Source: Elusimicrobia bacterium RIFOXYA2_FULL_39_19 (GTDB lineage Bacteria; Elusimicrobiota; Endomicrobiia; CG1-02-37-114; XYA2-FULL-39-19). Taken from it: a stretch of 64,000 nt of DNA. Location of the stretch: assembly GCA_001800285.1 (NCBI GenBank), contig MGVC01000005.1:18476-82475 (forward strand). The letters run 5' to 3'. Positions 58,662-64,000 of this stretch are shown here, in pieces (the stretch's first letter is position 1; each line of letters begins with the position of its first letter). Below the pieces are notes generated by a model, which worked only from the letters and a program-made list of their open reading frames with translations, was not told where the DNA came from and ran no database searches. The translations under genes and the position numbers were made by a program.

Positions 58662-59384
58662 ATGGGAAATTATCTTTTAGAGATTCGGGACATTTATACT
58701 TACTACGATAAAATAGCCGCGCTTAAAGGCGTGTCTCTTAACCTGCAAAAGGGTGAGATAGTAGCCATTATCGGTGCCAACGGTGCCGGAAAAACCACGC
58801 TAATAAACACTATTTCAGGTTTAATTCATCCGGCACAGGGCCGGATATTATTTGAAAACAATGTAATCAGCGGTATGCCTGCATACAAAATTGCCCGTAA
58901 AGGCATAGTGCAAATACCGGAAGGGCGCAAGCTTTTTCCTAAACTAACTGTGCTTGAAAATATGGAGTTGGGCGCTTTTTCGCAGAATAATAAAAAAGAA
59001 ATAAATGAGAACATTGAAAAGATGTATGCTTTGTTTCCCATTTTAAAACAAAGAAGCAAACAGTATGCAGGCACCATGAGCGGCGGAGAACAGCAAATGC
59101 TGGCTCTGGCGCGCGGGCTTATGGCAAAACCGAAAGTCCTGCTAATTGATGAGCCGTCAATGGGACTGGCGCCCGTACTAGTAGAAAAAACTTTTCAGAT
59201 AATAAAAGAAATTAATGCGCAGGGCATAGCAATTCTGCTGGTTGAGCAAAATGCAAAAAAGTCCCTGGAAATTGCCAGCCGTGCCTATGTAATTGAAACA
59301 GGAAAGATAATAATGACTGATAACGCACATAAACTGCTTGAAAATGATATAATCAAAAAAGCTTACTTGGGTGAAATGCTTTAA
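58662..59384 (+). CDS. livF: Branched-chain amino acid ABC transporter ATP-binding protein LivF
   Basis: GANGAGKTTLINTISG; LSGGEQQMLALARGL; LLIDEPSMGLAP. Confidence 0.85.
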   Translation: MGNYLLEIRDIYTYYDKIAALKGVSLNLQKGEIVAIIGANGAGKTTLINTISGLIHPAQGRILFENNVISGMPAYKIARKGIVQIPEGRKLFPKLTVLENMELGAFSQNNKKEINENIEKMYALFPILKQRSKQYAGTMSGGEQQMLALARGLMAKPKVLLIDEPSMGLAPVLVEKTFQIIKEINAQGIAILLVEQNAKKSLEIASRAYVIETGKIIMTDNAHKLLENDIIKKAYLGEML

Positions 59385-59397
59385 TTGGATAAAAACC

Positions 59398-59520
59398 GTG
59401 ATTAGGTGATTGCGGGTAGCACCCTTGTATCATCTAATAAAAGAAAAAATAAGGGTTACGTGGTTAGGTGTTTGGCAACACCTTAACTAACCACCTAATG
59501 ACTAAACACTTAATCACTAT
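59398..59520. repeat. Intergenic repeat element, copy D (GTGATTAGGTGATTGCG ... GGTTAGGTGTTTGGCAACACCTTAACTAACCACCTAATGACTAAACACTTAATCACTAT)
   Basis: Shares a 45-nt core with copy C and GTGATTAGGTGATT with copy A; ends 18 nt before the nfeD ATG. Confidence 0.65.
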
Positions 59521-59538
59521 TCCAGAAATGAGGTTGAA

Positions 59539-60876
59539 ATGAAAAAAATAACGTTTTTTGTTTGTTTTATCTTTAACTACTTACTACTTACCACTTCCGG
59601 ATTTTTGGTTTCCCAGCTTCACGCAGAAACCTACCTGATGGAAATTGACGGAATTATTAACCCTGTAGTAGCGGATTACATATCTGACGGGATGAAACAA
59701 ACCAAAGAAGGTGATACTGTAATAATCAGGATGAACACTCCCGGCGGTCTGATGGATTCCATGCAGCAGATAATAAAATCTATGCTTAATTCCCCTAATC
59801 CGGTAATAGTGTGGGTTGGCCCTCCCGGTTGCAGAGCGGCTTCAGCCGGTGTATTTATTACTATGGCAAGTGATATTGCCTGCATGGCTCCCGAAACAAA
59901 CATAGGGGCAGCACACCCCGTACAAATGGGCGGAGGCGGCACACCTGCGGCGCCCGGAGCAGAAAACAAAAAGAACCCTTCGCAGGATAAAATAATGGAA
60001 GGCAAAATTACTAATGACGCGGCAGCCTATATGCGCTCCATTGCCAGTGAAAAAAACCGCAACTGGCGCTGGGCAGAGTTATCCGTTACAAAAAGTTTGT
60101 CCATCACATCCCGCGAAGCTCTGGACAAAAAAGTAATTGAATATATTTTTTCTAATATGGATGATCTGCGCGCAAAACTTAACGGGAAAAAAATTAAAAA
60201 ACTTAAAAAAGAATTTAAAATAGATACAAAGAGTGAAATTATAAATATTCAAATGAAACCTTTTAAAAAATTCCTGAATATGATAGCACACCCGAATATT
60301 GCTTTCATTTTTCTCACTTTGGGTATCTACGGCCTTATTTATGAGTTTTCCTCACCTGGCATAGGGTTGGGCGCAATAGTAGGCGGCAGCTGCCTTATAC
60401 TTGCATTTTTTTCCATGCAGTTATTACCGGTAAACACAGCAGGACTGCTTATGCTGATACTGGGGCTTATACTTATGGCCATTGATGTGTTTAACCCTAC
60501 CGTTATTTTAACTATTGGCGGGATTGCTTCCTTTATAATGGGCGCATTAATGCTTTTTGATTTTCCCGGAAATTTTATTTCTGTTTCTTTGAGTCTTATC
60601 TTTACCGTTGCCCTTGTTACGGTACTGCTTTTTATATTTGTGCTGAGATCAATTGTAAAAGTACGCAAAACAAAAGTAACTACCGGCAAAGAAGGCCTGA
60701 TAGGTGAAAAAGGCATTGCTAAATCTGTTTTTAGCGGCGTAAATACCCGCGGTATGGTTTTTGTACAGGGAGAGCTGTGGAGTGCAGAGCTGACCGAACC
60801 CTCAGAAATAAAAGAGGGCGATACTGTAGAAGTAGTAAATGTAGAAAGCAATTTGTTAAAAATCAAGAAACCGTAA
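59539..60876 (+). CDS. NfeD-family membrane-bound ClpP-class serine protease
   Basis: N-terminal ClpP-like region (MNTPGGLMDSMQQI...GPPGCRAASAGVFI), central TM helices, C-terminal OB-like NfeD domain (GEKGIAKS...GELWSAE). Confidence 0.8.
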   Translation: MKKITFFVCFIFNYLLLTTSGFLVSQLHAETYLMEIDGIINPVVADYISDGMKQTKEGDTVIIRMNTPGGLMDSMQQIIKSMLNSPNPVIVWVGPPGCRAASAGVFITMASDIACMAPETNIGAAHPVQMGGGGTPAAPGAENKKNPSQDKIMEGKITNDAAAYMRSIASEKNRNWRWAELSVTKSLSITSREALDKKVIEYIFSNMDDLRAKLNGKKIKKLKKEFKIDTKSEIINIQMKPFKKFLNMIAHPNIAFIFLTLGIYGLIYEFSSPGIGLGAIVGGSCLILAFFSMQLLPVNTAGLLMLILGLILMAIDVFNPTVILTIGGIASFIMGALMLFDFPGNFISVSLSLIFTVALVTVLLFIFVLRSIVKVRKTKVTTGKEGLIGEKGIAKSVFSGVNTRGMVFVQGELWSAELTEPSEIKEGDTVEVVNVESNLLKIKKP

Positions 60877-60952
60877 TACGGAAGTCGTCAGTGGTAAGTA
60901 ATTACTATTTACCACTTACAATTTACCATTCACGGCATTCAGGAGGTAAGAC

Positions 60953-61699
60953 ATGTTTTCAGGACCAAGTATTACATTAGTAATCATCGGCGTAATTATA
61001 CTGATGAATGCAGTACGCGTAGTAAATGAGTATGAAAGAGGTGTAATTTTCAGATTGGGCAGGTTAATTGGCGCAAAAGGCCCGGGTTTGTTTTTTCTTA
61101 TTCCTATTGTAGACAGAATGATAAAAATCAGCCTAAGAACAACCACTATGGACATCCCCACCCAGGAAGTTATTACCAAAGATAACGTGCCGGCTAAAGT
61201 AAATGCTGTTTGTTATTTCAGGGTTGTTGACCCTAATAAAGCAGTTGTAAGCATTGAAAATTATATTTATGGTACAAATCAAATTGCACAAACAACACTA
61301 AGAAGTGTTCTAGGCCAGGTAGAACTGGATACACTTTTAGGGGAAAGAGAACAGATTAACCTTAAACTTCAGCAGATTATTGATCAGCAGACTGAACCTT
61401 GGGGCATAAAGGTAAGCGTAGTTGAAGTTAAAGATGTGCAGATACCTGAACAAATGCAGAGAGCCATAGCCCGCCAGGCAGAAGCTGAAAGAGAAAGGCG
61501 TGCAAAAGTTATCAATGCTGAAGGCGAATTTCAGGCATCCACCAAACTGGCGGAAGCAGCGGAAATTATCGGCAAAAATCCGGCGGCTATCCAGCTAAGA
61601 TTTTTACAGACAGTTACTGAAGTTGCCTCAGAAAAAAGCACAACCCTGGTACTTCCTATACCAATAGACCTTTTAAAAGCTTTCACTGAAAAAAGATAA
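60953..61699 (+). CDS. SPFH/band-7 (stomatin-like) protein
   Basis: Single N-terminal TM helix, then [15 protein letters not shown]...[11 protein letters not shown], the stomatin signature. Classic nfeD-stomatin pairing. Confidence 0.85.
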   Translation: MFSGPSITLVIIGVIILMNAVRVVNEYERGVIFRLGRLIGAKGPGLFFLIPIVDRMIKISLRTTTMDIPTQEVITKDNVPAKVNAVCYFRVVDPNKAVVSIENYIYGTNQIAQTTLRSVLGQVELDTLLGEREQINLKLQQIIDQQTEPWGIKVSVVEVKDVQIPEQMQRAIARQAEAERERRAKVINAEGEFQASTKLAEAAEIIGKNPAAIQLRFLQTVTEVASEKSTTLVLPIPIDLLKAFTEKR

Positions 61700-61889
61700 T
61701 TTTTCATATACACTATTTAAACAATTACTTTTCTCCCCTTGGGGGGATTTATACTATTTTAAAAACCTGATTCTGCCAATTACAATTGCAGAATCTTCTG
61801 TTTGTTCCAGTTTTTCATACAGACATTTTAACATTTGGCAATATTTATAAATAATCTTATCTTATACATAAGTACAGGGACATAATAAA

Positions 61890-62894
61890 ATGGTCAAAAC
61901 AAAAATAGTTTGTACTATCGGACCGGCAAGCGAATCAAAGACAGTGCTGCGTAAAATGATGTTCATGGGCATGGATGTTGCCAGGCTGAATTTCTCGCAC
62001 GGTTCCCAGCAAGAACATAAAAAACGCATATTAACTATCAGAGATTTAAACAAAAAATACAGGCGCCATATACGAATATTACAGGACCTGGAAGGATTCC
62101 GTATCAGGGTAGGCAAATTAAAATACAGTCTTGATTTAAAAAGAAAAACTATAGTATATCTAGCTAAAAATAGCATTACCGGAAAAACAAATACTCTACC
62201 TTTTGATTATGAAGGTTCCCTGGCAGACATCCCCGTTAATAGCCAGATATTCATTGATGACGGAAATATTTCCTTGTTAGTAAAAGGAAGGACAAAAAAT
62301 CACTTAATAACAGAAGTTGTTATTCCCGGGATAGTAAAAGAACATAAAGGCATAAATATTCCCGGTGTGAACCTGAAATTTAAAGGACTTACAGATAAAG
62401 ATATTTATGATTTGAAATTTGGAATTGAAAACAAGGTGGATTATATTGCTCAATCGTTTGTCAGAAACAAGGAAGACATACTTCTGGTAAAAGAAGTGCT
62501 GGCTGATTATAAATTTAATTGTAAAGTTATAGCAAAAATAGAAAATCGTCAGGGCATAGATAATATTGATGAAATAATAAAAGTATCAGACGGTATAATG
62601 ATAGCCCGCGGAGACATGGGTGTTTCAATCCCGATATATCAGATACCTGTCGTACAGAAACAAATAATAAAAAAATGCAACCATGCCGGAAAATTCGTTA
62701 TTACCGCCACACAAATGCTTGAAAGCATGACAGAAAATAAAAGGCCTACCAGGGCAGAGGTTACCGATGTGGCCAACGCTGTTTTAGACGGCACTAACTT
62801 TGTAATGCTTTCAGCCGAAACCGCCTCCGGGAAAAACCCTGTTGAAACAGTAGATATGATGAACAAAATACTCAAGTTTACAGAAAATTCATAA
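61890..62894 (+). CDS. Pyruvate-kinase-like protein lacking the C-terminal (allosteric) domain
   Basis: [16 protein letters not shown]...[10 protein letters not shown]...MIARGDMGV...[10 protein letters not shown] motifs of PK A/B domains. ORF stops cleanly after 334 aa (typical PK ~470 aa); a strong RBS for the next gene follows. Confidence 0.65.
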   Translation: MVKTKIVCTIGPASESKTVLRKMMFMGMDVARLNFSHGSQQEHKKRILTIRDLNKKYRRHIRILQDLEGFRIRVGKLKYSLDLKRKTIVYLAKNSITGKTNTLPFDYEGSLADIPVNSQIFIDDGNISLLVKGRTKNHLITEVVIPGIVKEHKGINIPGVNLKFKGLTDKDIYDLKFGIENKVDYIAQSFVRNKEDILLVKEVLADYKFNCKVIAKIENRQGIDNIDEIIKVSDGIMIARGDMGVSIPIYQIPVVQKQIIKKCNHAGKFVITATQMLESMTENKRPTRAEVTDVANAVLDGTNFVMLSAETASGKNPVETVDMMNKILKFTENS

Positions 62895-62919
62895 TGAATA
62901 AATATTAAGGAGGTAGTAT

Positions 62920-63810
62920 ATGGAAATCACACAAGTTTTGTATGTGGTTAGCTCTGTAGCAATTTTTATTTTTCTATTTGGTATCAGGATAGTCAGGCCT
63001 ACAAAAAGAGGTTTGATTGAAAGATTAGGGAAATACAACAGATTTGCTTACCCGGGATTTCAATGGATTATTCCAATAATTGACCACTTATACTATGTAA
63101 ATGTAACCGAGCAAATGGTAGATGCTGAACCGCAGGAAATTATAACCAATGACAATCTTAATGCCAGGGTGGATGCTCAGGTATATTTTAAAGTAAAACT
63201 CGATGAAGAAAGCGTAAAAAACTCTATTTACAATGTAAATGACTACTATTTCCAGATAGTGAATTTAGCCAGAACTACATTAAGAAATATCATAGGCACT
63301 CTAACTTTAAAATCTGCTAATAGTGAAAGAGGTAAAATCAATTCCGAACTTCATAAAATACTTCGTGAAGAAACAAAACTCTGGGGCATAGAGATAGTCC
63401 GTACAGAATTAAAAGAAATTGACCCTCCCAAAGATGTTCAGGAAACAATGAATAAAGTAGTTAAAGCAGAAAATGAAAAAATTGCCGCCATAGATTTTGC
63501 AACAGCCACAGAAACCGTTGCCGATGGCCAGAAAAGAGCTGAAATAAAAAAAGCAGAAGGCATTAAACAAGCCAGAATATTACAGGCCGAAGGTGAAGCT
63601 GAAGCAATAAGGTCAGTCAATGAAGCGGCAGAAAAATATTTTATTGGAAATGCACAAGTCCTTAGAAAGCTTGAAGCTGTAGAAAAATCTCTTGCAAATA
63701 ATGCAAAAGTTATTATCCCTTCAAATACCGAGCTGGTGAATGTAATAGGCGAGCTTGCGGGTGTATTGCCTTTAAAAATAGATAAAGACAAACCCTTTTC
63801 TACAAGGTAA
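62920..63810 (+). CDS. SPFH/band-7 domain protein (second paralogue)
   Basis: N-terminal TM helix, then RPTKRGLIERLGKYNR...EIITNDNLNARVDAQVYFKV; GGAGG RBS upstream. Confidence 0.8.
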   Translation: MEITQVLYVVSSVAIFIFLFGIRIVRPTKRGLIERLGKYNRFAYPGFQWIIPIIDHLYYVNVTEQMVDAEPQEIITNDNLNARVDAQVYFKVKLDEESVKNSIYNVNDYYFQIVNLARTTLRNIIGTLTLKSANSERGKINSELHKILREETKLWGIEIVRTELKEIDPPKDVQETMNKVVKAENEKIAAIDFATATETVADGQKRAEIKKAEGIKQARILQAEGEAEAIRSVNEAAEKYFIGNAQVLRKLEAVEKSLANNAKVIIPSNTELVNVIGELAGVLPLKIDKDKPFSTR

Positions 63811-64000
63811 ATATAGTATTTCAAAACCAATATTCACCCTGATAATTATATTAAAGGTTCTTACCGCTAAATTGCAAATTCTTTTATTAAAAACCAAGCT
63901 TATAATTCTGCAGTGAAGCGGGTCTTTATAATCTATGGGGAAGTATAGGCATAGTTGTGGAAAGGTGTTCTATTTCAAGAATGCAGAAATATTTAAGAAT

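Noticed and set aside
60881-60940. Hairpin AGTGGTAAGTAATTACTATTTACCACT between nfeD and stomatin as a separate ncRNA
   Set aside because: Too short and located in an operon-internal gap. It is better explained as a processing or attenuator hairpin, so it is mentioned only alongside the liv repeat family.
61731-61750. CCCC-TTGG-GGGG hairpin after the stomatin gene as a terminator
   Set aside because: The stem is only 4 bp with a weak U-tract, so there is insufficient support.

Overview
The window is 64 kb of low-GC bacterial DNA with dense coding on both strands. The gene content suggests an anaerobic, possibly syntrophic, organism of the FCB superphylum (Cloacimonadota-like). This placement is inferred from gene content and is not established.

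From 5' to 3' the window contains:
- 1-2837: the start of dnaE on the minus strand, truncated by the window edge.
- 2848-5999: a co-directional hydrogenase-maturation operon of hypA, a HydG-type radical SAM with the CX2CX22C motif, and an unusual HypC-domain::HydE-like radical SAM fusion.
- 6427-20917: a secretion locus holding a 4244-aa signal-peptide protein with internal tandem repeats and a type IX secretion (T9SS) C-terminal sorting domain. It is translationally coupled (ATGA overlap) to a PorV/PorQ-like outer-membrane beta-barrel gene, followed by a Cys-rich secreted protein.
- 20918-21514: a GC-richer leader upstream of the giant gene with a candidate c-di-GMP-I (GEMM) aptamer and an intrinsic terminator hairpin.
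- 21515-33490: a 16-gene minus-strand operon for a group 4 membrane-bound [NiFe] hydrogenase. Its large subunit has intact RxCGxCxxxH and DPCxxCxxR motifs. The core is NuoB/C/H/I-like, it is fused to a full MrpA-G antiporter module, and it is preceded by sulfhydrogenase beta/gamma (AsrA/AsrB)-like NAD(P)H/FAD/Fe-S subunits.
- 33624-39687: a GAF-ANTAR RNA-binding regulator, then a RiPP-like set (radical SAM-SPASM, PqqD-like RRE, HPr-kinase-like P-loop kinase), an HD-GYP phosphodiesterase and a multi-TM sensor histidine kinase.
- 39788-45465: a sigma54-promoter-driven cluster (FabF-like KAS with C-terminal extension, ICMT-like methyltransferase, ThiF-like E1, B12-binding radical SAM) sitting next to an NtrC-type activator.
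- 45659-63810: plus-strand housekeeping genes glmS, an OmpR-family regulator, carA, an N-terminal-half (split) carB, purF, pyrG, a liv branched-chain amino-acid ABC transporter whose intergenic gaps carry a repeated GTGATTAGGTG/TAATCAC palindromic element, nfeD-stomatin, a truncated pyruvate-kinase-like gene and a second SPFH gene.

No rRNA, tRNA, CRISPR array or obvious IS element was seen.
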